A stretch of 64,000 nucleotides of DNA from Tubiluchus corallicola (GCA_030141605.1 JAQGDQ010000025.1:974907-1038906), one strand, 5' to 3'. Positions 1 to 14,953 are shown, counted from the first letter of the stretch. Program-made: numbers and translations. The notes: a model not told the origin generated them from the letters alone.

Positions 1-282
1 ATTTTATTATTAGAAGAATAATGTTACTCATGAAATACATAATATTAGTATTGTTCCTTATCCTTTAAAATGTTGTGATTTTCAATAAATAAATAAATCA
101 ATAGATAAATCAATAAATAATAATTAATCTAGCAAAATTTGGAAGTGTTTCAGTGTCTATAGTGAACAATCAAATTAAACTAAGCCCAAAACTACTTCAG
201 TACAGTTGTGAGTGACCCTTTAGTATAACTGTAGTTTAAATATATAAGCAATGCAAGTTTTGTTTTCCTTGAATATATTTAC

Positions 283-404
283 CCCTCGATCCCAAGTTAC
301 AGTAGGTGGTGGGTTACCCTCACCATCGCAGAATAGACTGACCACTTCTCCTTTCGTCACTGTCAACCTGGAGACGTCTGGAGACATGGTTATTGTTGGC
401 TTAA
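283..404 (-). CDS. Ig-domain cell-adhesion protein (lachesin/IgLON/DIP-like), exon encoding the first half of the second Ig domain; gene continues past the left edge
   Basis: Acceptor ttttccAG at 405-406 and donor GTAAAT at 281-282. Phase-1 entry gives VKPTITMSPDVSRLTVTKGEVVSLFCDGEGNPPPTVTWDRG, with the I-set C..G.P.P.V.W signature. Confidence 0.88.
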
Positions 405-1219
405 CTGGAAAAAGTAACTGTTTTCACACTCTTTGGAAAAGGAACTAATTCAATGGATTAGCCAGTGAAAAGGGGCCTAAAACAAGATATACTGAACTCC
501 ACTTTTACTATATTTAGTCCTATAACAAGTTCCTCAAAATTAATGTTGCATAAAGTAGAGGTACTATAGAATTATTGCTGCTACTTTGATAGAAGTCAAC
601 TATTGCACGGAAGCAAAATGTGCAGAAGATAACATCTACATGTTAGGGAACTTTCATTAATTACTAGAGAAAATTTTTCATCGTGCCGCTGATGCCGTAT
701 TTCCAATTTTCCGTATAATAGGTGGCAGCTACTATTGCTTATTTTACCAGGTGGTGCAAAAACTGCAAGTATTTTATATGCGTACTATACAAATCATCCA
801 TACTGGAAACACGTGTCATTACAACACGTATGTTGCGTCTATAAAAGAAATTTTACTTTAAGCTTAGTTTACAGAATACAGAATAATTTATTTGCCTCAA
901 TAACATAATCAACATAGCATTAACAAAAGATGTGACTATTAAGAGAGACAGGGTGGCGAAAAGACCGAAAGGTCATCGAGTCTACCACCCTTGTACTAAT
1001 TTAATAACAAAACTCTACTTAGATTAGTACTGTGAGCTATGTTTTTAGCTCACATCTACAGCCGTCCATATCCAACCAAAGCTCCATCCACATCCTCCCT
1101 CGCACAGCATAAAGATTTCGTTCTGAATCATTAAATGTTTGCTTAGACACCCATAAAATTTTGTATAATTTATATACTATTTAATAATTTTGTATAAATG
1201 ATTAAGAACATCAAGTTAC

Positions 1220-1450
1220 CTAGGACTTCTACAGTGGAAATCTGCTCTAATGGTGGTTTGGAGTTAATAGTGCACTTGTACTCCCCATTGTCCTCGCTCG
1301 ATACGTTTTTAATGAGTAAATTCCATGAATGATCTATCATATACCGCCCACCGCCGTTAAACATCATTTGAGGTCCTATCTGAGGGGAAACAAACCCAAG
1401 TTGTTGCCATCCAGAAGAAGTTCTTTTCCTCCATATTATCAACAAATTTC
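1220..1450 (-). CDS. Ig-domain protein, exon encoding the second half of the N-terminal V-type Ig domain
   Basis: Acceptor ttttgcAG, donor GTAACT, phase 1-1. Reads GNLLIIWRK...WNLLIKNVSSEDNGEYKCTINSKPPLEQISTVEVL, with the W and L.I..V...D.G.Y.C Ig signature. Confidence 0.92.
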
Positions 1451-1589
1451 CTGCAAAATAATCGTGGGAATTAAAATCATTTTTGGCACGTTAAAAAGGG
1501 TAAAGTTAAATTTGGAATAGCCACTAGTAATAGTATCTCCTTTTCACAAATTTTACTTAAATACTTTTACTTGAAAAGCTAAATAACAG

Positions 1590-1945
1590 GGTACTCATAC
1601 AAGCGTAAGGCAGGTAGACAAAAATTCAGAGCTTCAACAAGTAACCTAAGAAAAACTTTAAAACTTCCAGACATTAAAGTACACAAAGAATATTTTACTC
1701 TGATCTTTATATTTAAATACATTAACCCCATCAGCAAACCATTCCAAAATAACGGATTTAGTTTTATTCCAAATCCTATTGTCAATTCCAGAACACGTAT
1801 TTTAAAACAATTTAGGACAAATACCCACTATGAAACCAACTCCATAATCAAGCAAGCAATTCTACTTTGGAATTCTGTACCATTACAGGTTAAACAAATT
1901 AGGTCCCTATCGGCATTTAAAACAAAATTAAAATTATTAAAATTA
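1590..1945 (+). mobile_element. Degenerate 3' end of a CR1/L2-clade LINE ORF2
   Basis: Translates to ...SIIKQAILLWNSVPLQVKQIRSLSAFKTKLK, matching the typical LWN.LP..V....S...FK..LK C-terminus. Confidence 0.6.
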
Positions 1946-2206
1946 ACCTAATATTATATACCATCACACCAGTATGAGAACATACATAAGATTCAGAATT
2001 TTTATATCCAATTAATATAAATTAAATAATTTTTAATCTTTGTAAATGGTTGTAAATAAGTTTTATTTTCAGTCGTTTTTTTGTTTCTACTCTTTTAGTG
2101 TTACTGCACAGTATGTTAGATTGCACTGACGTATTTACCTTTAGCAGGGTAAGTTTTTATTAACTAACACTGATTGATCATCTCTGTAAAGTCTTTTTTT
2201 ATATAC

Positions 2207-2305
2207 CTGTGTTTTCGACTAGACAAGGTATACGAACATCTTTACCAACGACCTCGCGAATTTCCGTTCCAGGTGTTTTAAATCGTGGTCCGTGTTCGTC
2301 TGCTT
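2207..2305 (-). CDS. Ig-domain protein, exon encoding the first half of the N-terminal Ig domain (not in the ORF track)
   Basis: tttAG acceptor, GTATAT donor, 99 bp, phase 1-1. Reads EADEHGPRFKTPGTEIREVVGKDVRIPCLVENTG and joins 1220-1450 in frame, supplying the first Ig cysteine. Confidence 0.88.
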
Positions 2306-2767
2306 CTAAATATACAAAAATGTAATTATGGTTTTGCTAATTATCCTTATTAAAATGGTTTTCTTGCCTGTAGTGATTTTAGACACTAGCCAGACTACAA
2401 AAGATACAAAAATTCCGTATTAGACGTGCAGTTAAGTTAAAACTGTAGCGAAGGAATAGACTTATGGCAGAAACCTAGGGTATTCAACTTCAGTTACATG
2501 CATGACCTATACAGTTAGAGTTCATTCTTCTAAAGTAATTATTTTTTAACGAGGAGGGAAAGAGTTGTCATCCGTCATGTTGAAGAAGTAAAAGCAGCTT
2601 GCGTAGTTTCAGAATTGCCTGAAGCTTTAAGGAGATGGAGATGACGTATACGTGACATACGTATGAACCGACGTTGAAGCTTCATTAGCAGCAGACAATA
2701 ATAATTGTTCTGTCATTATTTTTCCCAGCTTTGCAAAACACGTGCAAGTCCAAGTTTGCACACTTAA

Positions 2768-3337
2768 AGGAAAAACAGACCGAATCCTAAGCTATAGCTG
2801 AAATCAATGTACTCTATAAAATATTAAATTTGGGACATGACTTACAAGAATGACTTACGTGAAAAATTTACGCGTTCGTGCGGCTAATGCTTCACTGTTA
2901 CATGAATTTCGCCAATCACTAGTCAGACGGGAACTAGCGATTGCATCTCTGAAACGCGCTGCTGCACAACAACAGGTGCTGTACCTTTCAGTTCAGAGGT
3001 GTTCATATGTGACATTGAGCACACGTACGAGAAATAAACTGTAAAATTTGAATTTAAATTTTGAGTTTTTGTATATCACACTGAATGTTGTACAGTAGCA
3101 CTCTACTCCAATTTGAGGTTTTACATATAGGTGTAATGCGCTCGAAATGTTTGTGCTGTTGAAAATATTTTAGTTGTGATGTCGCCACTAGGTGGGTTCG
3201 CCCACCGTTACTTAAGTTATTAACTTCTTATTTGATTACCAGAAACGCTTTGGCATTATTGCAGGTGTTGAACTGTATACTTTTTACCGTACTTGAAAAG
3301 GGGAGGAGTAAGATATGAAAAATCAGCCTGTTTTCCT
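2768..3337 (+). mobile_element. Kolobok-like MITE, family K2
   Basis: TTAA|AGGAAAAACAG ... CTGTTTTCCT|TTAG termini; internal sequence shared with four other copies in the window. Confidence 0.7.
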
Positions 3338-4099
3338 TTAGCTATTAAAATGCAATTGAAGATGCCAACTAGAAGTAACACACTACAAGTAATTTATTGA
3401 AAAACCGGTGCACGCCCACAAATATGATACAGCGTTGAACAAAAGATAATTATGAAAAAAAAACGCCCAGAATATTCTACTGGCAACAAAATAATTAATT
3501 GGTTTTGTTGGTAGGAATGCTGAATTACTGAAGATTAAAAGCGAAACTATTTAGTTAAAAACAACCGCTGCTTTAAGAATGAATTTTGCACGACAGATGA
3601 AATAATCTTTTGTTATAGCTGTGTTTTCATGTTAACTACAAAACTAAAACTATAAACTTACTGTCCCCATTGCAACCTCATTATTAAAAGCAGAAATTTA
3701 TTACATTCCGTGCAATCACAGACGCAGTTAACAAGAAACTTCTGGCACAAGGCGATGAGGGTGTATTGAAAGTCGGCCAAATTTTCAACATCGATGACTC
3801 GTTGGCAAGTTACACACTGATGATGCAAGCTTTTGTATTACTCATAAGAGTAGAGCCTGATTTCAAAAGATTTAAGCCACCACGATCAGACTTTAATTAG
3901 GATTATAGTTATTGAATAATTTGAGACAATTAGTCCATGTAGAGAACGTTACATAAAATGTATAGAAATGTATAACTCTCATTATAATTGCAATTTACAC
4001 AGATAAATGAAGGTACTTAATATTATTTCGATTAGCTCAATTAATCTTTTGAGTAAACAGAATTATAAGAGCATCCACTTCAAGGGATGCTTGTATTAA

Positions 4100-4640
4100 A
4101 GGAAAACTGGACGATTGTGTAGACATTAGTTCAAAATAAAGTATGCTTTAAAATATTGAAACTACAACATCTTTTTTTAAATCAAAACTTAGATTAAATA
4201 TTAATTACCTCGGATAGTTAAATATTGTTACACTTTCAAAGCTACGCGCGGCGCACTAAAACTAGCAATGGCGCCTTTTTGTCACATTCGCGTGGAAGTC
4301 AAATAGGCGCGGTACCGTGATAAGCATGATCATGAACTGCAGTGTTCGCCTGCGACGTCAATATGACCTAGAGCTCATTTTCATGACAACACATCAGCGT
4401 GTTACAGTAAATTTCGCTCATGCAAACGTGGTTGACACGCAGGGAGGATGCTTACCATTTCGCAAATTATGGTTAGTTTGTGACGTAAGCGATAGCTGTG
4501 TTCGGTTGCGGTTAATTAACTTTCAAATGTAATTAGTGAAACATTAGTAAAATAACTGCTAACTTTTATAGGTAAGAAAATGTATATTTTGGACAGCAAA
4601 TTAAAATGAAATTGAGTCTAATCAATCATCCGGTTTTCCT
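4100..4640 (+). mobile_element. Kolobok-like MITE, family K1
   Basis: TTAA|AGGAAAACTGGACGATTG ... CAATCATCCGGTTTTCCT|TTAA: TIR with AG..CT ends and TTAA duplication; paralogous to 18616-19168. Confidence 0.8.
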
Positions 4641-6219
4641 TTAAGTATGAAATAATTCTATTCCTAAAAATATACAAGCAAACATTTACTTGATTGCAGT
4701 ACATATTTTCAGAAAAAATTGCTGAAAAAGAAAAGGAAAGACATTTTTCAAAGTCTGGATCATCTCGTCCAAGGTCCTTTAACGGTATCTAAAGAAGCCG
4801 GGCGCCAATCTATTGTGAAACCAATTTAAGATTTGGGATTCTGCTCCTGGCTATTCTTGATTCTTGTTGAAAATTCGTCATGTGTGTCAAGGTTCTTCAA
4901 AAGAAGAAACCGCTGAAGCTCATGTACCTATGTATAACACGTGCAAGCTAATGCCCGCGGCGCGACTTTGGCTACGCCGATAGCCCTGAGAAACTACGCA
5001 GAACACTGGCATGTCCTGTTAACCCTAGCTTTGTACACAAACGAGGAAGTAAAATTAACCACCATGGCTTGCTGGACTCCAAAGCAGCGCCGCCGATACC
5101 CCGCCGTTTAAATAACATTTGTGAGTAATTCTGGTCAAATGTTGGCAACTGATCCAATAGCCCATGAGAATGTATAGCCTTCCAGTAACAGTCAGTGAGC
5201 TGGTGAAGACGGAATGTCTAGGTTTTCTCACTATTTTTTCAAATCATTGTAAATTCAAATAATTATCTTCATCAAATTTCTAGTAAAAAACTATGTGTTT
5301 TCATGACATTCGTTTGTTAAAAACGATTAAAGAAAAACCGCATGATTGTATAGACAAGGTGATTTTTAAGGCCTTTTATCTGCCTTAGATGCTGTCCAGT
5401 TTCCAGAAAGCTGGCGTTGAACCCTATATTGTAAAACTCAGAGCCCAGAATCTTGAAACTAACACTTTCCTAGAACATTCCGCAGCAGAAGCCGTCACTT
5501 GCCAGGAATTCATGCTTGGCTTGTTTAGATCTAATAAATACCAAAATGCTTTCAACGCAATTATTGTGTAATGCATTATGCCTGATGATTGTGGTCAGCT
5601 AGACAGTCAAAGGAATGCATAACCCATATTATTATCTGCATACATGTGTGTGCTACTTGTTTGCTTCTGTGGTAGTCTTGTCCATGTGGTCAGCAGACAC
5701 TGCAGGGCAGTCGTGGGAATAGATAATTGGCATTACAGTTTACTGATAAAACACGTTATGGTTATAACGATATTAAGTGAATGTACGCTTGGAAATGTGA
5801 ACGGACAGACGGACGAAGGGGCAGGTGGACAAGTGAAACGGCCATCGAGTAAATGAAAAAAAGAACGAGTCATGACGATCCGGTATAATCCGTCTATAAT
5901 TTGCTTAACCGTAGTTTTTTTTTTGCTTCGTGAATGTAACTGTCTGTAATAACACCCATTCTAGTTAGCTTAATAACATAATGACACAAAAAGCAACACG
6001 CGTATTTCATTTGTAGATGAACTTCAGCTCGACGAGTACAATAGTAGTGTGTTATAAATCGAAGAAAATTGGCAGATCGTTTGCTGCTTACTCCAGTACT
6101 CGTTTATTAACTCTCATCCTTTCCACCCACCACGCTTAGAAGACTATGTCATACATGCAGGCAACACTAGCAACGATAGTAGAGACTGCAAAAAACAGCA
6201 AAGAAATGGCTTTTGTTAA

Positions 6220-6761
6220 AGAAAAGGACAACTCACTTAGCATAATGGGTTTATTGTACTGTTATCATTTGCAAAGAAATTTGCAAAAAACTGTCTATAA
6301 AGCAAAAAGTTAATTTATACTACCACTGCATAGACATTTTGAGGCACTGTGGTAGTCGCCATTTATTTGACAATGTTGACGTAACTGGTCGACTTCGTGA
6401 CTTTTCGTAAGCGCACCTTGGCTTTCCGTAAGAGCGCGCTGCTTAAACTAATTCAAAACTCATGCAGCTTACCTAATGTTAATGCTAAAAATATCGGAAA
6501 ATTCGCTATATAGTAGTTTCTAAAAACTTAATATACTTTTGAAGTAACCTGGCAGTGCGCCGCTTTTGTTATTCCGATGAACAACGTCATTGGTGGACGA
6601 ATGAATGTTCAAAATGGGCGCCCTAGCGTGAAACAATCGCGACTTTAAAGTTATTTTACTAATTACACGAGGCGCTCATCACATTTTTATTACTAAATCC
6701 TTTTAACATTTCTCGCGATCATTGAAATAAGCCTAACTTCACAGAAAGCTGGACCTTTGCT
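6220..6761 (+). mobile_element. Kolobok-like MITE, family K3
   Basis: TTAA|AGAAAAGGACAA ... GGACCTTTGCT|TTAA; paralogous to 16148-16692. Confidence 0.75.
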
Positions 6762-9249
6762 TTAATATCAGCGGCGACAAAAGTCAGTCATTCTGTCAAG
6801 ACCCTTAGATGGCCTACACGGCTCCTCCAAACTTCTTCCATGCGCCGAGGGTGGTTTTGCCGATTGTATACTCTGCCGTATAATAAACGTGTACATTACC
6901 AAACAGCATGTCTGAACGCAGGGGGTGGTATTTCCTATGGGTAAACACACAGCTATAAATGCAAGTATATCGTCAATAATTATTGCGATATAAGGAACCC
7001 AAAGCTCTTAAAATAGTGGAAATTCGCAAGCGTTTATGGTAACCTAAGCGAAGCAAGCATGTAGAGGCTTATAGACTCGCACCGCAATGCTTAGTGTAAT
7101 CACATTTCAGACCGTATGGTGTAGGATAATTGAGACACGGGGAAGAAAAATAAACAGGAGAATTCGTACCATGACATTCCATGGCGATAGAGTTGCAGAA
7201 ATGGACATTGGAAACGGCGGAACCAAGCAGTGCGGTTAAAAATACCAGTAATTGAAAATAACCGTCTACGGAATAGAACTACCAATTTTAATGTAGCGTC
7301 AACTTTTGTGGTCATTTCGATAATATTTCGATAAACATCGAACGTATTTGTTTTTTGCCAGATGTGGACAGTGGTTAACGCCTACGCCTTTTAAGACTAA
7401 CAACTCCAAATAAGTTGGAAGGGTCATCGAACAGATTCTGATGCACTAGAAACAGCAACGCATGGCTTCTCTTGAGGTGTTTGGTTTTAAAAGAGGATTA
7501 TAGAGTTGTTTCCTCAACAGACAGAGGGAATGACCTCATCCTTGAGTCACTGCTTCGGAATATAAATCTACTTCATTTCCGCTCTGAGAATGGGTTGTCT
7601 GTCAGGAAGCTTGCCTTGCCAGATTTGAAAATCACACGTTTTTGCATCACATAAATTTACAAAGAGTTACAATTATAGCAGTAGAGTATTAGTGCTGCCT
7701 TTGTAACGGCTAGAATTCAGAATTTCATTGGTTACGGATGCAAATTAATTGCTGCATCTTAAATAAGTGTCGATTGATAACACCAGGCAAGTAACACCAG
7801 TTTTGAGTAATTCAGTCAGTGAATTTTAGACATAAAAGTTTAAAAAATGCAGAGCTATTTGCATTTAGCTTGCATTACGTCGGGCCTAAAACAGGTACTA
7901 TATTTGTTTGTAGACATCAGTTCCTGGTGGGATAAGTCAATATTGACTAGTAACTTTATTGCGGCTATCCTAAGCACGCAAAGAACCATCTGCTATATTA
8001 AAAATATTGTTTCAGAGCGGAGGAAGTAATATGCCGCTCTACTACGGACATTACGATACTTTATTCGCATCACAATAACTCGACGAAAATAAGAAAGACA
8101 TTCAAAGTTGTGTCATTAATAAAGCTATTACCCAGTTTAGTCTTGCTTAGAAGCAAAGATAGAGTTTGACACCTCCTGTGAATCAAAAACTAGCTGTTAA
8201 TGGTTATGTCTATTTACGATAGACAGTTGCGGCAGGACCGGAATTTACCTTATTATCAAACACAGTCCTCTTAGAAGAGGCTTTTGAACAGTGTAGACGT
8301 GTCTAATAACCTCTTTTTTGAGACAAATAGCGGAATGCATTATGGCGGGTACTAACCCATTTACTAACCAGGTTTGGTAGTGTTTAACTGGGTGCAGTCA
8401 AAATAAATAGGAAAATAAATGTACACCAGTGATCGTTTACACACACGACTAACTTTAATAACGAAATTCAGTTATTAAATACTGTTAGGTTGGTACAGGT
8501 GTTTTTTGAAGAAACAGTGCAATAGAAATATGTTAAAATGCATATATTAGAATATATTAATGCATATATTATATGTATAAAAACAAAGTTATATGGTAGC
8601 GAAAGTAGAGTTATGCAAATATAGGTCTAATATTGTTCTTACGTCATAATGCTATCTAGGTTCATTATGTACAAAATAAAATGTTATTCGAAGCATCCAA
8701 TCTAATGAACTTAAGAAAGTTACGAACTTTCCATAAATTGAAAACGTTGTTCCCATTTACGTTTTCAAGTTAATCCTGTATACGTCCTACAGTTATTGCA
8801 ATATAATGTTTTACTAATCTAATTAATACTCAGCCACATTCAAGGACATATTATGACCTTTCGGGGGCTCAAGGCTAATGGAATTATAGGCCACTCTAAC
8901 CCTCTAAATTCGCCCGCACGCGTCTTGAACAATTTTTTACTCCTGATATATTTTAGCAAGATTTGCGTAGGTGGGACCCCATATCTCAAATAAAAGGGCT
9001 TTATTGGGGTCCCTTATCTCAAATTAAGGGCTTCAAACAAGGGGTCCCTTATCTCAAATAAAATTCTTCAGTCAAGGGTGCTTTATCTCAGAAAAGGCCA
9101 CTGTATTTAGAATAATTTTGAGACTCCCAGGCCGCCTTTTTATAGTTGAAATTTTGTTAAGTTATATGAATTATTCAGCAATGTAAAGTATGACCTCAAG
9201 CTTGAGGTGCCCTAGGCTGCAGCCTATACTAGCCCATACTATACTCCAC

Positions 9250-9786
9250 TACAAGAACGTTTTTGATAATTAAATAACAGATTAAAAACTTAATTAACGG
9301 CGGGCGGGCCCAACTATTGATGACATCACAAACTACAATTTTGAAAAGCAAAAATATTCCATGAGCGTGTTGCACGTGTTTGCGAAAGCGAAAATTCAAG
9401 TACAGTGCTACTGTAAGATATTTAGCATGTTGCACTAAAACTAGGCAAGTTTTAAGACAGAAATTCAAATTTCAAATTTACCGCTGTGTTCACGCATTAG
9501 CTGTCGAACGTGTGTAGTTCGTCACAAACTAACACATCTGAACTGAGTGGTACAGCACCTGTTTTTCGTGCAACGCGTTTCCGAAATGAAGGCGCTAGTG
9601 CCTATCTAACTAACGAATGGCGAAATGCACGTAGCAGAGAAAAACTAGTGGCGCGAACCCGAAATTGTGTTTGTGTGATATTAATTCTTTCACGTAAGTC
9701 ATTTTTGAAAAATAGTGTGTTTCCTTTCAATATTTTAAGGAGTAGATTGTTTTGACCTACAGTTTAAGATAGGGTCCTGTTTTGCT
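9250..9786 (-). mobile_element. Kolobok-like MITE, family K2 (inverted; one end unclear)
   Basis: Reverse complement matches the K2 interior (e.g. GATGACATCACAAACT, AAATTCAAATTTCAAATTTACCGC); ends TTTTGCT|TTAA. Confidence 0.7.
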
Positions 9787-11213
9787 TTAATAGACCAGGA
9801 TAACAAGGTCACGTGGGATAAGACGGGACACCAGAAATGCTCACCCGGCTTCCGATTGAATCATCTTTCGTGATATCATCATGTACTTAAGAAAATATTT
9901 GCGTTTAAACATGTGGCACATATAATGATTAATGTTTTTTTATCAACACTTTGCGACAGTTTGTTAAAAAACACATGAGGAGCACGTGTGGAGTGGGGCG
10001 GGCAAAGCTTGTTTATGGAAACATTTTGCTCTATAAATACAAGAGTTGATGTTTTCATTATCCCACTTAATTTCCTATCAGATACCTAAGTGCAGAAATC
10101 CAAACATTCTTATCAAACATTTTGCCGTAAGCACAAATGCAGTAAATGCGAGTTGCTAATGGCGACACGAATTAAGAAATGATTGGAGAAGTTCCTTTGA
10201 CTATTGAAATGCTGTATAGAGTATAGCTTCTACGTCTCACTGGTCTCTAGCTTTATCATTCAGGCCTTAGCTTATTATGTAAGGATAATTACAATAGTAC
10301 ATAGTACAGGTATAGTAACGAGAAGCAGGGGCTATTAAATTAAAGATTTATTAAAAGCTCTTGTACTGGTTAATATACACTGAGGTATAAAATTACAATT
10401 AAGTTACATTACATTAAAACGACTTGATATTTTACCTAATATTAATTAAAATAGACTGAAGTTCAAATTACATTTAAAAGATACTAATTTACGTTAAGAT
10501 TGATCTTATTAAAATCCATTATTACGATATCTCGTGTCACAGTGCATACAATAAAAGTGAGCTTACTGATAACTAAAAATTACATATGGTATAAAAGTAC
10601 TTTTAAAACGTTCAATCGGCAAAGGGGTAAAGGGTGCATCGATTTTTTACGAAGATTGTGCTTACGGTGGTTGTGTTTAGGTAATAAATAATGGAGTCTA
10701 CTGTCTTTATTTGGGATTGACAAAAAATTTCTGCAAAAGTGATTTCTATTCTACAATTTCTGCAAAAGATAAATTCTCGATTTTTGATAGTGCAGAGCAT
10801 TTACGTAACGTGTGCAGGGGTAAATTAAAATATGTTTTTGAATTGACGCTAGTAACTTTGTGTGTTAAAGAAGCATGCCATGCAAGACGGGGTTGTGGAA
10901 GCTTGCCTGAATTCCTGACTACAGGTGTAAGCTTCCAGTTTTATGCAAATTGGTCTCTCTCGCTAAATAAGCAAAACTGAGAAAATAACCAGTTAAAATA
11001 CCGTGACTTTGCGTTAAACACATTACGAAATTACTTCTATGAATTATAAATTATAATCTACGGTGCAGAGTCTTTTTTGACCAAAGTTTCAAACTTTGTT
11101 TCAAACAGGAGCTGTCGCAAGCAATAATAGCTGATGAACCCGATGAACCGTCTTCAAAAAGGATGTATATCACAGCTTCTTGAGCAAAAGCTCACAATCC
11201 AAAAACAACCAAC

Positions 11214-11282
11214 ATATATATATATATATATGAAAACTATATAATATATATAAGTTTATATAGATTTATATATATCTATATA

Positions 11283-11337
<55 letters not shown>
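11214..11337. repeat. (AT)n microsatellite
   Basis: Long alternating AT run. Confidence 0.95.
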
Positions 11338-11340
<3 letters not shown>

Positions 11341-13069
11341 TCTCTTATTGAAAAAAAATCTTCTGATTTCGTTGCAATAAATAAATGAATAGACACCTTT
11401 TCTATAAATCTCTATAAAGCTTAGTATATTTCGTAGTTAAAGAATTTAACTCGACTAACGGGAAAAACGAAATTATGATAGATTCTTTTGGAAAACTTTT
11501 TCCAGAAATTTGTTGGCTTGCTTACTGTTTTGGTGTCTAAGCTTTTATGAGAAATGTAATGTGATTCACAATTGTCGACTATAATTTATACAACTTGTAG
11601 ACACCAAATCTTGAATCGCTTATGCTATTACCATACATTTGTTTAGCGTAAAATGGATGTGAATTGACTCGTTCTTATCGAGATTAAATTGTGCTTTTGT
11701 AGCAACTTCAGTTTAGAGTCTAGTTTTTGCGATAGAGTGTCTATGTGACTGATGTGTACATATTATGGTTATGGAATTGGCTAATTCTTTATTATCAAAG
11801 TCTAATTATTATAACAAAAACGTCGTAAAATGCCTCGCGTTATGAACTTCATCATTATTGCAAAAGAAGAGACAAGACAAGAAATCTTTCCGAACTGCAC
11901 ACAGCAGTGGCAGCCCCACGATGTCATAACCCTACAATGGCCAGTGCATTGTGGGAATTCCTAGCGATCAGAAATGAAGCAGTAGATGAAACGACAAAAT
12001 TAGGGGAAACAGTGAAAGTCATTGTAGACTGATGGAAGGTGGATTTATATATGTTTCTATACAGCATATGGGGTGGGAAAAGTAGATAGTTTACATTCCA
12101 CTGTCCAGAGGTTTATAGACTACGTTTGAGATAACCGTAACACTGACCAGAATCGCCGCACGTGCTGTCGGCAAATGTCTGCAGATTCATAAACTTTACA
12201 GAAGCACGATTTAAGAGTGCAAGTGACCACACCCACATATCTATATCTAGCACGTCGATCACACCGTTGCCAAATGCTAGCCGTCTGCATTGGGAACCCA
12301 ATTCAGTTTTTTCTCGGGGGGGGGGGGGTAAGATGGGGGCGGTGGTAGACAACCATGTTTTCCACAAAGAAGTATATTAAACTGACAGGCAATTCTATGT
12401 ACAACTGATTTATTACCGACACCATAAAGGATTTTAAGTGAACCTATCTAGGTCTAATATCTTTAGTAGACTAGACACTATGCCTGCATGAAAACCATTC
12501 TGAAAAGATAATGAAGAGTGATAGTTGCTGGACCATCATCAACCAAAATCATTAACCAGCAAGTGTCTGTCAATACAATCTCACTATCCGTTTGCCATAA
12601 CTGTGTCCTCTCTTTATGTATGAACATAAGTATGTATTTTCAGAGTATAAAAGTTTCACAATCTGCAGCTTCTTTTAAATTCGAATGAACATAATTACTA
12701 TTAATTGATACTACGTGATATCATCAACCTACGAACACAAAGATAGGTCTTCAATAAGCAAATGCGGAAAGTGTTTTTTCTCTCTAAAGTACACGATGTG
12801 CTGGGCGTAGATAAACAGTCTAGACGTGTTGTTTATTTGCACAGACTGCTGACCCTACCCGAGGTGGAAGCCGTATAGTGAAGCCATGCGGAGAGAAGAG
12901 TGGACGAAAAAAAACTTCCTCTTTCCTGGGCTTTATTGCCAGTATTATAATCAGTCGGCGCATGTGGTAAAGCTTCAGCGGCAAAGCAAAGCCTTCTTTA
13001 ATCTAACACTTCTGCTGGATATATGAAGTGAGCTGAAAGCATGCTCAGTGCCTAGGCAGCATGTCTCAG

Positions 13070-13235
13070 GATTGACTGACTGTTTAACTGACTGACTTAG
13101 TTAGCGGTCAACCAACTGACCAGCGACCAACTGACTAACTACCCGCCCTCCTGACTGACTGACTGACTGACTGGCTGACTGACTGACTGACTGACTGACT
13201 GACTGACTGACTGATTGACTGACCGACCTGCTGAC
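13070..13235. repeat. (TGAC)n tetranucleotide microsatellite; degenerate second block near 13815-13890
   Basis: Direct reading of the sequence. Confidence 0.9.
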
Positions 13236-14377
13236 GGATAAATTGAGTGACTTCTGACGGCTATTGGCCAACTGAGTGTGTGGTTATTAATTTCGACTCA
13301 CTTTTATTTCATAATTTGGCATTCTCAGTCAAGGATCCAGCACTCTAAGATAGAGCATACAGTCATATCCTCGTCATAGTTTAATATATAAGATAAGGTA
13401 TACGAGCAATTTATTTCACACACGTATATAACTCAAGAGAGTATTATATGCAACTTTTTGATAATAGTTTCCTAAATGTGAGGGCAGCTTCATGACAATA
13501 AGCACTCTCGAGAATACCCTTCTCAAAAGTACATGCATTATAATAGTGGTGCGTGGTGTGTTATACAAAATTAAATTACACATTATTAAAGATAATCTTC
13601 CAAACTGAAACATTGAATCAGTAGAGGCGTCTGAGCCGGTTACCAAACCAACGGGACAGCGAGGCAAACAACCACGGATGGCGTGGCTGATGAAACCAAT
13701 CAGTGGCAATTTCCAGGCTGTCACCAATGTAGACTCGGCGTTGTTTAACTTCAGCTACATGATACTAATAGCGCCCATTTTAGAGAGTAATATTTTTCTC
13801 TCGCTCCAAACTAACTTACTGACTGACTAACTGATTAACCAGATGACTGGCTGAGTGACCGACTAACGCTTGACTAAAACTAATCGACTGTATCAGGAAT
13901 GATGTATTTTTCATTATAAAACTTAGTGCAGCCGTATTGCCATTCATTTCACTTGTTGGCAGTACCAGAGCCTATGAGTTCCTACAGGTCTGCAGTTAAA
14001 CCACACAACAGTGGCCACACTCCATATTGGAGGAACGAAATTGATTATTGCTGTTTGTAAGGGTGTAACCTCGGAAGATAAATCTCAGAATACGCCCGTT
14101 TCGAATCAGACAGCTCTATATTATGCAGTATCACACCCAATGACTCAAGCCTGATTTCAACGAAAGTAGCTCAAGAGGAGATTGTTGTCATTCTTTTAGC
14201 AGCTGTGAGGGCGGAAGAGAATCCTACTCCGCCTTTCGAAGAGCATAACATAATAGTCTGTAGAAGTTTGCAGACTTGGACGAAAGAGCAAAATAGACTT
14301 CACAAATGCAAAATAGAAGCGGTGCACTCTTTTACAGTTAGAAGCAAAAAGAACAAATTAGCATGTATATGTATGAT

Positions 14378-14515
14378 GTATTCTGTAAGCACAAGTTAGT
14401 ATGTATATGAATGATGTATTGTGTAAGCACAAGTTAGTATGTATATGTATGATGTATTGTGTGAGAACAAGTTAGTATGTCACACGGAAGCTGTTTATAT
14501 GTATGATGCATGGTG
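14378..14515. repeat. ~38-bp tandem repeat, about 3 copies
   Basis: Unit TTAGTATGTATATGTATGATGTATTGTGTAAGCACAAG. Confidence 0.75.
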
Positions 14516-14953
14516 TATGAGGTAAAACATAGCTCATAGTAAAAAAAACTACAGCTTGGGCTAGGTTTTGTATAGTCAAGCAGCATCTATGGCTTTGGCT
14601 AATACTTGGACCACAAGTACAGGAAAGTGCGCTCCAGAAAAAAGTGTTAATCAGGATGAAATATACTGCGGCTAACAATAGGGTTAGTTAACGCGTTTAG
14701 AATCCGTCCTGTAAATTTCCTTAGAGGTCCTATTGTAAAACTTTCAAAATATTTCTGCCCAATTACGCACAAAACAAGCCTTTTTCTAGAAAATGGGGAA
14801 TAATAGAAAATAAGTAACGGACTTAAAGCGTGATGAACTGCCTACTGTCCAAGTAACCTTACCATTGACGGTGGTGTCGGCGTAGTGTTGATGTTATGCA
14901 CCACCACGATGATAAATACTGAAGTGCAGAATTGCCGTGAAAAGTTAGTATAA

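Noticed and set aside
10860-11183. Possible small plus-strand exons nested in the Ig-gene intron
   Set aside because: Plausible AG/GT sites, but the translations are short and unrecognisable and no consistent gene model emerged.
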